Shown here in pieces: positions 19,472-29,063 of a DNA stretch of 64,000 nucleotides. Below the pieces are notes generated by a model. The model was not told the origin of the DNA, did not search any database, and saw nothing but the letters and a program-made list of their open reading frames with translations. The DNA comes from Candidatus Eiseniibacteriota bacterium (GTDB lineage Bacteria > Eisenbacteria > RBG-16-71-46 > CAVPCR01). Location: the NCBI GenBank assembly GCA_963823555.1, contig CAWGMA010000001.1:2208001-2272000 (forward strand), in the 5' to 3' direction. How positions within the stretch are numbered: position 1 is the stretch's first letter; each line of letters opens with the position of its first letter. The position numbers and the translations under genes are program-made.

Positions 19472-20060
19472 TTTCCCACCGCTGGCGCAGCACTACCTTG
19501 AGCTTCCGGCGCGCCCGCTGCAGAACCGCCCGCGCGCCGGTCCGCCCGGACAGATTGAGGATGCTCGTGATCATCACGACCGACATCCCTTCGAAATAGC
19601 GCAGCCAGATCGCCTCCTGCTCCACAGGGTCGAGCTTCCGGCCGACCAGTTCCCAGAACTCGCGCTCGGCGATCCGCCGAGCCGGATTCGCATCCGCGTC
19701 CGCGCAGTCGGCGACATCGACATCGCCCGAACTCACCAACTCGATCCCGAGCTGCGCCGGGGAGCGCCGGAGAGCGCTCCGGCAACGGTTGCGAGTAATG
19801 GCGAAGAGCCAGGAGCTGAACCGCGCCTTACCCTCGAACGCAGGGAGTCCCCGGTATGCGGCGATCAAGACGTCCTGCGCCAGATCAGCAGCCGATTCCG
19901 GATCCTGGACGACCTGATAGCACCAGGCATAGATGCGCCGCCGGTAGCGAGCGAGAAGCTCGGAAGCCGCCGCCCGCACCGATTCGCTATCCGCTCCTCT
20001 CCGCGCGATTTGCAGGAGCTCATCGTCGCTCGGAGGGTTGCGCCCGGTGTGTGTTCTCAT
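19464..20060 (-). CDS. ECF RNA polymerase sigma-70 factor
   Basis: AADLAQDVLI, FEGKARFSSWLFAITRNRC (region 2), EQEAIWLRYFEGMS..I (region 4). Start placed at ATG 20060. Confidence 0.92.
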   Translation of the reverse strand: MRTHTGRNPPSDDELLQIARRGADSESVRAAASELLARYRRRIYAWCYQVVQDPESAADLAQDVLIAAYRGLPAFEGKARFSSWLFAITRNRCRSALRRSPAQLGIELVSSGDVDVADCADADANPARRIAEREFWELVGRKLDPVEQEAIWLRYFEGMSVVMITSILNLSGRTGARAVLQRARRKLKVVLRQRWEND

Positions 20061-20065
20061 CCGAT

Positions 20066-20094
20066 TAGACGCCGCGTCGGTGGAAAAAGTCACA
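20066..20094 (-). promoter_or_regulatory. Putative autoregulatory ECF promoter, copy 1 (near-leaderless)
   Basis: Minus strand TGTGACT-TTTTCCACCGACGCGG(16)-CGTCTA, 5 nt before the sigma ATG; no Shine-Dalgarno. Confidence 0.6.
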
Positions 20095-20198
20095 GTGGGG
20101 GACGATCACACCCGCCCCCGCCGCTCTTGGCATTGTCGCACACCGAGACGTGACCGGCAGCCCCGGCGGGAGGCGAGCGGAGCGGAGCCCCTCGCCGT

Positions 20199-20714
20199 TC
20201 AGTGGTCCCCGCGTTCCACCCGCGTCTTGAGCCCGAGGAGCCCACCGCGCACCAGCAGATGGTGCCACCGCACCTCCCACTTGCGGACGAGCAGGCGGGC
20301 CACCCACCCCATCGGACGCACGCCGTACCAGGCGAAACGCACCGCCGTGAGCGCTCCGTAGGGCTCGATCTCCCAGGCCGCCCGGCCGACGAGATCGCCG
20401 CGCAGATCCAATTGAATGAAATCCGGATCGCGAATCTCGGTCACGCGAAAGCGCCACCGCGGACAGCGCCAGGGGCCGATCGACATACGGCCCTCGGCTC
20501 CCACGCCGGCCACCGTGTTGGGAACGCTGAGCGCGACGTTGAGGCCAGGCCACCAGCTGTCATAGCGGTCCATGTCCCGCAGCAATCGCATGACCAGACG
20601 CGGGCTCGAAACCACCGCAATCTCGTCGGATGTGGCCCAGCTGCCATCGCCCAGACGCTGATCCATGGTGACACGCACGAAGTCACGGGCGTCTCTGGCC
20701 GGCTCTCGCATCAA
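20199..20714 (-). CDS. SRPBCC/START-like domain protein
   Basis: LRDMDRYDSWWP, GDLVGRAAWEIEP, LLGLKTRVE. Confidence 0.7.
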   Translation of the reverse strand: MMREPARDARDFVRVTMDQRLGDGSWATSDEIAVVSSPRLVMRLLRDMDRYDSWWPGLNVALSVPNTVAGVGAEGRMSIGPWRCPRWRFRVTEIRDPDFIQLDLRGDLVGRAAWEIEPYGALTAVRFAWYGVRPMGWVARLLVRKWEVRWHHLLVRGGLLGLKTRVERGDH

Positions 20715-21634
20715 CGATCACTCTCGACGCAGTCGTAGATGAGAACGCCGTCGAAGCGCGCGCGACCGGCCAGGGCCGGATCCGGATCGCCGGGACGGAA
20801 GAAGTAGTCGAGGATATCGACGAGCGCGACCTTCCCGTTCTCGCTCGATGCGTGCAGGAGGCATCGCCCGTCGAGGAGGAACCCCTCGTGGGACACGAGC
20901 AGTCCCTTGGCGACATTGGCCTCGCGCACGAAGGCAATGCCACAGGTTGCCGGCACTCGCTGGAGCACCGCCCGCAGGTGCGCGGCCGGGACGTAATCGA
21001 GCGTGAGCTCGCGCTCCCATCCGAGCGGCAGGAGCTCCTCGCCATCGGCCTTCCGGTTCAGGATCACGTGGACCGACTTCCGCTCGCCGGGGGCCGCCAC
21101 CTGGCAAGTGAGATCGACGAAGAGAGGCGAACCGGTCAGCCGGTCAGCCGTGAAATGGAGGCGGTTCTCGTACTCGACGGGGAACGTATCGCCTTGCTGC
21201 CGGTAGTTGGCAGGACCCATCCAGTGGCGGGCCGCGGCCGCATCTCGGGCGTGCGCCATCGCCACGGTGGTGAGGACGAGCACCGTGCAGTCGGCCTCGT
21301 CGACGCGGAAGACGGGATCCGGATCCGCTGCACTCTCCTCGCCGAGCGTGCCGAGCCGGTAGGGCGCGCCGAGCCGGGCCAGGGCGAGGGCGCGCAGGCG
21401 CGCGGCGAACGAGGGCTCCGCGGCGCGGAGTCGGCCGAGAACGCTGTCGAGCTCGACCGGCGAGAGGGTGTGGAGAGGCGGTAGGGACGAGGAAGCGACG
21501 AGCGTCGCGCAATCCCCTACCGCTTCCTTGCTGCCCGCGGCCGAGACCATGGTGACCGTCCCTGAGCAGAGGATGAGGGCGCCCGCCACCCACAGGAGGG
21601 TCCAGGATCCATATCGAAACTCGTCTCGCTTCAT
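20711..21634 (-). CDS. DUF1460 / NlpC-P60-like N-acetylmuramoyl-L-alanine amidase family protein
   Basis: Signal peptide; LGAPY..GTLGE, ADCTVLV, RLHF, SHEGF, LHASS. Confidence 0.8.
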   Translation of the reverse strand: MKRDEFRYGSWTLLWVAGALILCSGTVTMVSAAGSKEAVGDCATLVASSSLPPLHTLSPVELDSVLGRLRAAEPSFAARLRALALARLGAPYRLGTLGEESAADPDPVFRVDEADCTVLVLTTVAMAHARDAAAARHWMGPANYRQQGDTFPVEYENRLHFTADRLTGSPLFVDLTCQVAAPGERKSVHVILNRKADGEELLPLGWERELTLDYVPAAHLRAVLQRVPATCGIAFVREANVAKGLLVSHEGFLLDGRCLLHASSENGKVALVDILDYFFRPGDPDPALAGRARFDGVLIYDCVESDR

Positions 21635-21673
21635 TTCTCTCCCCGATGTGCCACCGAGCCTAGCACACGACAA

Positions 21674-21704
21674 GAGGGGAGCCATCCCGAGGATGGCTCC
21701 CCTC
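21674..21704 (-). terminator. Intrinsic terminator hairpin
   Basis: Perfect 14-bp stem GAGGGGAGCCATCC-CGA-GGATGGCTCCCCTC, about 24 nt after the stop at 21728; followed by TTGT on the minus strand. Confidence 0.75.
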
Positions 21705-21727
21705 CGTCGATACGAGCCTGGACGCTC

Positions 21728-23635
21728 CTACTTCATGAGCGTGATCTTGTGCGTGGACTCGACGTCGCCGGCCTCGAACCGAACCAGGTAGACGCCGCTG
21801 GGAAGTTGCTTGCCGGAACCGGAACGACCGTCCCAGGTGATGGCCTGCTCCCCGGCCGCGAACCGCTCGCCGGCGGCGAGCGTCCGCACCAGGCGTCCGG
21901 AGAGATCGTAGACGGCGATGTCGACCGGTCCCTCCTGGCGCAGGGCGAAGCGGATCTGGGTGGCCGGGTTGAACGGATTCGGCGTGTTGCCCTTGAGCTC
22001 GGTACGCGCCGAGACGAGCGGCGTTCCCGAATCGTCCACCGCGACCCCGCCCGAGGCGATGTCATCGGGCGAGCGCGGCTGGATGCGATAGGTCGCGAAG
22101 GCGAAGTCGAGCGGGCCCCGGACGTACGGCAGCGGATCGCCGATCGTCGGATCGTAGAAGTAGAGTCCTTCGTCGCCGATGAGCACCGTATCCGGGCTGG
22201 CGGCCGCCTTCACCTTCCATTCGCCAAAGCCGATCGACGTGTCCGCGGCCACGACCACATTGTTGACGCGGACGAAGACGCCCTCGTAGGCCTCCGCGGT
22301 GAGCGTGTCCTTGAGGGTGGCGACCGTGACCACATCGGGACCGGGAATCGGCTGCCCGCTGGCCATCACCTCCACGAACCAGGGGTTCGAGATCTCGGTC
22401 TTGCGGTTGAACTCGAGCACCCGGCCTGCCACCTTGAGCTGATCACCGCGCAGCACGAGGTGGCGGCGATCGAAGACGTAGACAGCAGAGCGGGGTCCAC
22501 CGCCCGGCTTCTCGATGTAGTAGCGGCTGCCGTCGGCGCCGAAGTAGTCGTGGGTGTTGTCCCCGGTGACGATGCCGGTCACCGTCACGACCTGGTTGGC
22601 GACCGGGGAATCCCGGCCCGTCCCCTGCACGAAGTCGATGGTCGAGACGCCGCCGATGAACGTCAGCGACTGCGTCGTCACCATCGGCGTGCCCTCCTCG
22701 TTCTCGACGCCGGAGACGTCCAGGATCTCGGGCGTCGGGTTGTTGGGCACGAACGGTGTGGCCACCGTCAGATGGACGAGGTCGTGCTCGACGGCATCGC
22801 GCACGGCCGTGCTGGGGAATTCACCCAGGTTGTTGAAGAAGTAGTTGAGCTCGTCGCCGGCGCTCACCGCATCCACATCGCGGTCGAAGCGGACATCGAC
22901 CTGGGTGTTGGACGTGCAGTAGGCCACCTCGACCTCGGGCGCCGGTTCGCCCGAAGCCCAGTCGAGGTCGTCGTTGTCACGCGGGTTGAGCTTGAACTCG
23001 CCGAACGAGAAGTGGATGACACCCGTCATGAAGTTGAACACCGATCCGACGGGCGGGCGCGGCGGAGTGTTGAGACAGGTGTCATCGCAGGTCAGGGTGT
23101 CGGTAGGAACGGTCGCATCCTCGTCGATCTCGATCACCGTGTACTGCCCGAACCCCTGGTGCAACGTGACGCGCACCGAGTCCACCTTCACCAGCACCCC
23201 TTCCCAGTCCTCGGCCGTGGGGCTGCCGGTGTGGATGGTGTTGACGTCGAGGAGCGCCGGTTGCGGCACCGCCACCACGCCCTCCAGGACGACCGAGCCG
23301 CCCCCCGCCGGCACGTCGAGCTCGCTGACATCGAAGTACTCGATGTACTTGCCCTTGACGCGGACCTTGTCCCCGACCTCGACGGCCGGGGTCGATCCCG
23401 TGTAGCACCAGATGCCGCTCCGCGGGAAGGAAGTGGCTGCGGGTTCCTGCACCCACACCCCGAAGGGAGCCAGGGCGGTGACGACGACGCCGCGCACGGT
23501 CACGATCGTATTCTCCGGATAGACGCCGTTCTGGATATCGGGAATGAAGGCGTCTTCCGGGTCCTGGGCCCAGGCCCCGCCCGCGGCGAGGAGGAGCACA
23601 GCTCCGACGAGGGGGATCCAATTTCGCGCTCTCAT
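21728..23635 (-). CDS. Secreted protein with duplicated YhcR/ExeM-like OB-fold modules and a C-terminal FlgD-Ig (T9SS-like) domain
   Basis: Signal peptide; two units of VTVxGxV..GDxxxVxGxxxE and (W/Y)EGVxVxV..PR..DD; tail NTPNPFNPATQIRF..YDLSGRLVRTL..WDG..SGVY. Confidence 0.8.
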   Translation of the reverse strand: MRARNWIPLVGAVLLLAAGGAWAQDPEDAFIPDIQNGVYPENTIVTVRGVVVTALAPFGVWVQEPAATSFPRSGIWCYTGSTPAVEVGDKVRVKGKYIEYFDVSELDVPAGGGSVVLEGVVAVPQPALLDVNTIHTGSPTAEDWEGVLVKVDSVRVTLHQGFGQYTVIEIDEDATVPTDTLTCDDTCLNTPPRPPVGSVFNFMTGVIHFSFGEFKLNPRDNDDLDWASGEPAPEVEVAYCTSNTQVDVRFDRDVDAVSAGDELNYFFNNLGEFPSTAVRDAVEHDLVHLTVATPFVPNNPTPEILDVSGVENEEGTPMVTTQSLTFIGGVSTIDFVQGTGRDSPVANQVVTVTGIVTGDNTHDYFGADGSRYYIEKPGGGPRSAVYVFDRRHLVLRGDQLKVAGRVLEFNRKTEISNPWFVEVMASGQPIPGPDVVTVATLKDTLTAEAYEGVFVRVNNVVVAADTSIGFGEWKVKAAASPDTVLIGDEGLYFYDPTIGDPLPYVRGPLDFAFATYRIQPRSPDDIASGGVAVDDSGTPLVSARTELKGNTPNPFNPATQIRFALRQEGPVDIAVYDLSGRLVRTLAAGERFAAGEQAITWDGRSGSGKQLPSGVYLVRFEAGDVESTHKITLMK

Positions 23636-23741
23636 GCTGCGTGACCTCCAGTGCTCAGGTGAAGAACCCGCTCCTCGTGAGCAGGCTCAGGTTCGTGGGT
23701 GCATTCCTCCGGACCGAGCCCGGCAGACGGCTGGCCCGTCC

Positions 23742-25190
23742 TCATAGACCGAGCTCGGTGTGAAGGATGACCCGCATGGCCTCCCGATGCCGATTCTCGA
23801 AGGTGCAGCGATCGAGCGGGAAGCCCAGGAAGACAAGGGTACCACCACCGGCCGACCGCACGCGCGTGCCCACCGTCGCCTCAGCCTGATCGGGGGTGAC
23901 GATGCCGGCCGGAATCGAGTAGGCAACGTCGGCGCCGGGAGCGGCCGCGAAGAGCTCGAGCCCCCAGAACGAGCCGACGACCCGCACGCTCACGAGCCCG
24001 GAGACGGCTCCGGGGAGGATATCCCAGAGCGGCTGCCCCGGCACGTAGCGAGTCTTCAGGAAGAAGTTGGTGTCGTCCGGTCCCGCATCCGGGTTCAGCC
24101 GGATCGACCCGGGATCCACTCCGAGGACCTCGCGAACGAACTCGCCATCGAGCTGGCTGCCGGTTCCGATCGCGTTCATCGTCGAGAGATACATGCCCCC
24201 GCCGCGGTCGAGGAGAGCACCAATGCCCGCAGCGGCCTCATGGAGGGAAGCGGTATCGACCGCCTGATTCTCCCCACCCACGACCGCATTCGTCCCCTGA
24301 TACCAGATGACGACGTTGAACAGAGCCAGGATGGCCCCCGCCTCATCCGCGGTGCGGAACGGGGCATCCTCGATCCGATGGATGGTGTAGGGCCTGCCGG
24401 CGAGCGCCGTGTCGAGCTCGGTGCGATAGAACGGATCCGTGAAGGTGAGTGCGCCCGCGATGTCGTCCGGCATGTCATCGATGAGCAGCACCTCGCCCAC
24501 CGGTTCGGTCACCGTCCAGCTGCTCGAGAGGGTATCACTCGGGGCCAGGGCGTCATCGATGGCACGCGCGTAGAAGGTGCGCGACCCGTAGCGGGAGAAG
24601 TCCTCCGGGTAGAACGTGACGAGGCTCTCCGGCCAGGCCACGGTCTTCTTCCGATCCTCCTCGCCGTCGAGCCAGGCTTCGATCCTGTCGATCGTGTCCT
24701 GCCCATCGATATCGCGAACGCTGCAGGCGACGGTGATCGCGGGCAGGGTCACGGGCGGCAGGCCAGCGGGATCGCCGAAGGCGATCGTCGGCGGCGTGTT
24801 CTCGACCGGGAAGGTCTGGGCGGCCGGCGTCGGATCGGAGAGCCGCTCGTCGTCCACCGCTCGCACCTCGAAGACGTGACGGGCCGCACCTGTCGGAGCC
24901 GGCAGGGCGAAGGAATCCGTCGTCGCCGTCGTGAACACCCACGCCTCCGGCGCCCGGCCGCCGTAGGTCCAGCGGTACTCGTAGCCCACCACCCGGCCGT
25001 CCGCGTCCTCGCCCCACCACCGCACGCGGAGGTGGGAGTTGACCGTGTTGAGCGGACCCGTGTAGGTGATGAGGGTTTCCGGCGGCTGATTGGGATGCGG
25101 CTCCCCGGCATCGGTGCCGCATCCGACGACCACGACGAGACCGAGCAGGCACCACGCCAGCATGCTGTGAGCGATCACGCGCGCGCTCAT
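23742..25190 (-). CDS. Hypothetical lipoprotein with Ig/FN3-like domains
   Basis: Lipobox VVVGC, NQPPETLI, WWGEDADGRVVGYEY, FEVRAVD. ATG 25190 overlaps the upstream stop. Confidence 0.75.
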   Translation of the reverse strand: MSARVIAHSMLAWCLLGLVVVVGCGTDAGEPHPNQPPETLITYTGPLNTVNSHLRVRWWGEDADGRVVGYEYRWTYGGRAPEAWVFTTATTDSFALPAPTGAARHVFEVRAVDDERLSDPTPAAQTFPVENTPPTIAFGDPAGLPPVTLPAITVACSVRDIDGQDTIDRIEAWLDGEEDRKKTVAWPESLVTFYPEDFSRYGSRTFYARAIDDALAPSDTLSSSWTVTEPVGEVLLIDDMPDDIAGALTFTDPFYRTELDTALAGRPYTIHRIEDAPFRTADEAGAILALFNVVIWYQGTNAVVGGENQAVDTASLHEAAAGIGALLDRGGGMYLSTMNAIGTGSQLDGEFVREVLGVDPGSIRLNPDAGPDDTNFFLKTRYVPGQPLWDILPGAVSGLVSVRVVGSFWGLELFAAAPGADVAYSIPAGIVTPDQAEATVGTRVRSAGGGTLVFLGFPLDRCTFENRHREAMRVILHTELGL

Positions 25191-27079
25191 TTCAGCACCA
25201 TGAAGCGCCCCGTCTCGAGCCGTCCCGAGTCGAGATCGCGGACACTGTAGACGTAGAGCCCGGTCGCCACCGGCTGGTTGTTCCAGGAAAGGAGATCCCA
25301 GGCCGCCATCCCCCCCGACAGGACCGGATTCTCGCCCTCGGGGTTGTTGACGCCGGCGGCATTGGCCGCGTTGTACGAGATGGAATCGAACCGGATGGTG
25401 TCGACGAGATCGCCGCCCAGGGTGAAGATCCGGATCTCCGCGCGCGGCGGCAGATGGGCGAACCAGAGAAAGCGCTCGCGCTCGCTCACGCCGTCCCACT
25501 CCGCGCGTCCGCGATAGGGATTGGGGAACACGGTCACCCGATTCGGGTCGCCGTCTTTGGCCTCGGCGCCGGGAACGAAGAGCGTGCGGTTCTGGCCGAG
25601 GCCGCTCTCGAGGCTGGGCGTCTCCGCATCCCCGGTATCGTAGGAGGTGACCGCGATCCAGTACTTGTGTCCGTCCCTGAGCGCCGAGAAATCGTACCGG
25701 TAGTCGTAGCGCAGAGTGTCCACGACGACCGGATCGCGCAGGTGATCGAGCCCCGAATCGAAGCCGAGACCATTCACCTTGTCCGCCTGGCCGACCAGCG
25801 ACCAGTCGATCCCCGGGATCCCATCCTCGTCGCCGCGGCTCAGGTAGATGCGGTAGCCCTCGAAGTCCTCGATCTGGGTCGATGGATCCCGGACCGACTC
25901 CGGGCTCTCATCCCAGCGGATCAAGAGCGAGCGAGGGGCGGGATCCACCACCAGCCGCGGTGAAGGCGGCGGCAGCGGCACCACGTAGTCGCGCCGGAAC
26001 GCCTCGCGCGCCCAGTCGGCCTTGGCCTGGATGTCGGTGTAGTCCATACCGCCGATGAAGGCGAAGGCCACGGTCACGCTCTCACCGGACCCGAGGAACG
26101 GCCACGGACCGACGGTCAAGAGCTCGGCGGGGTCGTCCTGCAGCTGGATCACGCTCACATCCATGAAGCCCGGCGTGGAAAGCTCGACATAGCGCTCCAC
26201 ATCCTGATCGCGATCCTGAGATCCCGGGTCCCAGGCCCACCAGCGGAAGCCGGGGCGCATGGCGCCGAGCGAATCGGGACGCGTCCCGAGGAGCGCGATC
26301 CCCCCGTGCTGCGGCGCCTGGCCGTTGTCGTAGGTCACATGGTGCTCGACCACGAGCAGGCGCTCGGGATCGAACTCGAGGATCTTGTTGTCGAACCAGG
26401 CCCCGCCCGGCGGCCACTCCTCGTAGCGCCCCTTGTAGCCGCTCGCGAGCTCGGCGTACATGCCGACGTGAAGGTTCAGGAGATCGACATCGGGGTTCAG
26501 GTTCGTGACCTCGACCTCGACGATGATGAAGCCGTCCGCCGGCTCGTAGCTCCAGCCGAGGATCCGCTGATCGACGCGAAGACCGAGCGGGTTGTGGTCC
26601 TCGCCCTCGCGATCGAGGAAGGTGGTATCGGTGTAGGAGCAGACGAAGTCCTGTTCGGAGATGGCATCCGGAGAATAGTAGCGATCGTTGATCAGGATGG
26701 AACGGCGGGTGATCTGGGTGCCCGGTCGCCACTCGGTGGCGGCATCGGTGCGCCCGCCGACCCGGCCGTCCGTGGTCCCCGTGGTGACGAGCGTGTCACC
26801 GTTGTCGGCGCGCACCGCCCCCACCCACAGCCCGGCGCGCACCAGATGCTCGACCTCGCTGCCGAGGGGGAACTCGAAGGAGGGCGATCGATCGACGAAG
26901 TTGTTACCCAGGAAGCCGAAGTTGGACACCGTGAGCCCGACCAGACCGACATCGGTGACCGACGTCTCGAACTCCGCGTCCTCGGCGCCGGGAGCGGCGG
27001 CGATCGTGGCGAGAACACATGCCACGGCGAGCGCGAGAGGCCCCTTGAGGCTGGCCTTCATGTGCCCGCGTCCCCTCAT
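25187..27079 (-). CDS. Secreted protein with an FN3-like domain and T9SS-like C-terminal domain
   Basis: Signal peptide; PPPSP..DFEGYRIY, YWIAVTSYD, VFPNPY, IRIFTLGGDLV, WDL..VATGLY..GRFMVLK. Confidence 0.8.
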   Translation of the reverse strand: MRGRGHMKASLKGPLALAVACVLATIAAAPGAEDAEFETSVTDVGLVGLTVSNFGFLGNNFVDRSPSFEFPLGSEVEHLVRAGLWVGAVRADNGDTLVTTGTTDGRVGGRTDAATEWRPGTQITRRSILINDRYYSPDAISEQDFVCSYTDTTFLDREGEDHNPLGLRVDQRILGWSYEPADGFIIVEVEVTNLNPDVDLLNLHVGMYAELASGYKGRYEEWPPGGAWFDNKILEFDPERLLVVEHHVTYDNGQAPQHGGIALLGTRPDSLGAMRPGFRWWAWDPGSQDRDQDVERYVELSTPGFMDVSVIQLQDDPAELLTVGPWPFLGSGESVTVAFAFIGGMDYTDIQAKADWAREAFRRDYVVPLPPPSPRLVVDPAPRSLLIRWDESPESVRDPSTQIEDFEGYRIYLSRGDEDGIPGIDWSLVGQADKVNGLGFDSGLDHLRDPVVVDTLRYDYRYDFSALRDGHKYWIAVTSYDTGDAETPSLESGLGQNRTLFVPGAEAKDGDPNRVTVFPNPYRGRAEWDGVSERERFLWFAHLPPRAEIRIFTLGGDLVDTIRFDSISYNAANAAGVNNPEGENPVLSGGMAAWDLLSWNNQPVATGLYVYSVRDLDSGRLETGRFMVLK

Positions 27080-28056
27080 CGATCCAGCTCGAAGGTGACG
27101 ATCTTTCCCGAGTCGCGGTCGAGCACGAAGACGAGCGTGGCGCTGGCGCTCAAGGCCACCGGAGCCGTCAGATGTCCTTCGGATCCCTCCGGGGCATTGG
27201 CGTCGACGCGCTGGTCGAACTCGGGATCGCCCGTGTACTTGAGCACGGCACCCAGGGCGGTGTCGGCGACGTAGACATTGTCCTCCTCGTCCCCCGCCAC
27301 ATCGCTCACTCCCTGGAAGACCCCGAGCGGGCTGTCGATACCGGTCAGGAAGAACTCGGCTGCGTTGGGGATCCAGGGATCGAGGACCTGGACCCAGTTC
27401 TTGCCGCTATCGGCGACGAGAACGCGTCCGGGCCTCCACTCGAGTCCGGCGGGTGCGTCAACGTAGCCCGCGCCCGAACCCTCGTCGGCGAGCTGGACCA
27501 GGAACTCCCCTTCGCGCGAGTACTTGAGGACCCGGCTGAGCGCCCGATCGGAGACGTAGACATGGGACGAGTCATCGGCGGCCACCCCGCCGATCTCGAC
27601 CCACGCCGTATCGGTGAACGCGGCGACCTCCGTCAAGGAACGCAGATCCACGATGCGGACGCTGCCGCCGCCAGCCGGATCCAGGTCCGCGATCACGAGC
27701 TCGCGTCCCGAGACCTCGGCCAGGTAGCTCGGGCGACCGCCGGTGATGACGACCCCGTTGGGGCGGGGTTCGGGGCTCGAGCGGTAGTAGCCCACGACCT
27801 GCCCCGAATCGGGCAGTGCGACGAAGACCTGGCTGCCGCTCGTCAGGAGCACATCGCTGGCGGCGCCGAAGCCGTCCCACACCTGCTTGACACGATAGGT
27901 ATTGCTCGGGGGAATGGTCCCGCCCCTGGTCTCGAGCGGGAGCTCGGTGCGGTGGCCGCAGCCGGCGACGAGCAGCGCGAGTCCGACCAGCGCTCCCGGG
28001 AGCCATGCGCCGATCCGGTATCCGGCCTGCCTTCTGTACCAGAACTTGCTCATCAT
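27076..28056 (-). CDS. NHL-repeat (beta-propeller) lipoprotein
   Basis: Lipobox LVAGC; repeats VYVSD, VLVADSGKNWVQV, VYVADT. Confidence 0.8.
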   Translation of the reverse strand: MMSKFWYRRQAGYRIGAWLPGALVGLALLVAGCGHRTELPLETRGGTIPPSNTYRVKQVWDGFGAASDVLLTSGSQVFVALPDSGQVVGYYRSSPEPRPNGVVITGGRPSYLAEVSGRELVIADLDPAGGGSVRIVDLRSLTEVAAFTDTAWVEIGGVAADDSSHVYVSDRALSRVLKYSREGEFLVQLADEGSGAGYVDAPAGLEWRPGRVLVADSGKNWVQVLDPWIPNAAEFFLTGIDSPLGVFQGVSDVAGDEEDNVYVADTALGAVLKYTGDPEFDQRVDANAPEGSEGHLTAPVALSASATLVFVLDRDSGKIVTFELDR

Positions 28057-28058
28057 CT

Positions 28059-29063
28059 CTAGAACTCGAAGCGCAGCGAGATCCGGTCTACTCGATCGAA
28101 GTACTCGGAGCTCGAGAACGCATAGTCGATGTGGGTAGCCACTCGATCGCCACCGAAGTGAACGCCGACACCTCCCGACCAGGGCAAGGCGTCGGAAGCT
28201 CCGTCATAACCGCCGCGCAGCTCGAGCACGTCGACGACCTCGACCTCCGCTCCGAAACGCAGGGTCTCGTCATTGTCCGCGGGGCGCACGAATTCCCCGG
28301 TCACGAAGAGCGCGGCCCGGCGATCGGTCCATGCTCGGTAGGAAGAAGCCAGCGTGAACGTGGTCGGGGGCGAGAAGCCGGCGAAATCGACCTCGGTGCC
28401 GCCGCCGGACCGGGGGTCGACGTAGGAGCCTCCGGGCTTGAAGTCCGGCCCGAAGCTGGTGATCGACATGGCGAGAACGACTCCGCGGAATCCGGTGTCG
28501 AACGTCGTACCCATGTCGACGAGCCAGGTCTTGGTCGAGGGCCCGCCGATCTCGGTGCCGAGCGCTTCGTAGGCGTAACGGCCCGAGACGCCGAACGTGA
28601 AGCGATCGGTGAGGTGGCGAGCGTAGCTCAGACCGAAGGCCAGGTCGCGATGGGTGAAGCTGCGGCCGGTGCCGTCGGGCTGGAGCTCGGTCGTCTCCTC
28701 GAGGTCGCTCGCAAGGGAGAGCGCCGACAGTCCGATGACACCGCCCCAGGGGATCTCGGATACGACCCCGGCTGCGGTCATGTCGACGCCGGCGAGCCAG
28801 CTCACGTGCTCGACCACGAACGTCGGCCGCCTCAGGTCGGAGAGTCCGGCCGGATTGTTGAAGAGGCTCATCGGATCGCCGAGGATCGCGGTCGAGGCGC
28901 GCCCCATCGCCACCGAGCGCGCCCCGATCCCGATCTTCAGGAAGGTGCCGGAGGACGTGCCGACGCGCTGCGAGCCGATCGGCCCGGCAGCGGCCGGAGC
29001 GGCGGCCAGAACGAGGGCGAGAGCCACCGCGCCGAGGCGGCGCCTCCCTGTGCCCGCTCGCAT
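28059..29063 (-). CDS. PorV/PorQ family outer-membrane beta-barrel
   Basis: GTSSGTFLKIGIGARSVAMG, NNPAGL, C-terminal Phe (LRFEF); TGATG coupling to the TonB receptor. Confidence 0.85.
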   Translation of the reverse strand: MRAGTGRRRLGAVALALVLAAAPAAAGPIGSQRVGTSSGTFLKIGIGARSVAMGRASTAILGDPMSLFNNPAGLSDLRRPTFVVEHVSWLAGVDMTAAGVVSEIPWGGVIGLSALSLASDLEETTELQPDGTGRSFTHRDLAFGLSYARHLTDRFTFGVSGRYAYEALGTEIGGPSTKTWLVDMGTTFDTGFRGVVLAMSITSFGPDFKPGGSYVDPRSGGGTEVDFAGFSPPTTFTLASSYRAWTDRRAALFVTGEFVRPADNDETLRFGAEVEVVDVLELRGGYDGASDALPWSGGVGVHFGGDRVATHIDYAFSSSEYFDRVDRISLRFEF

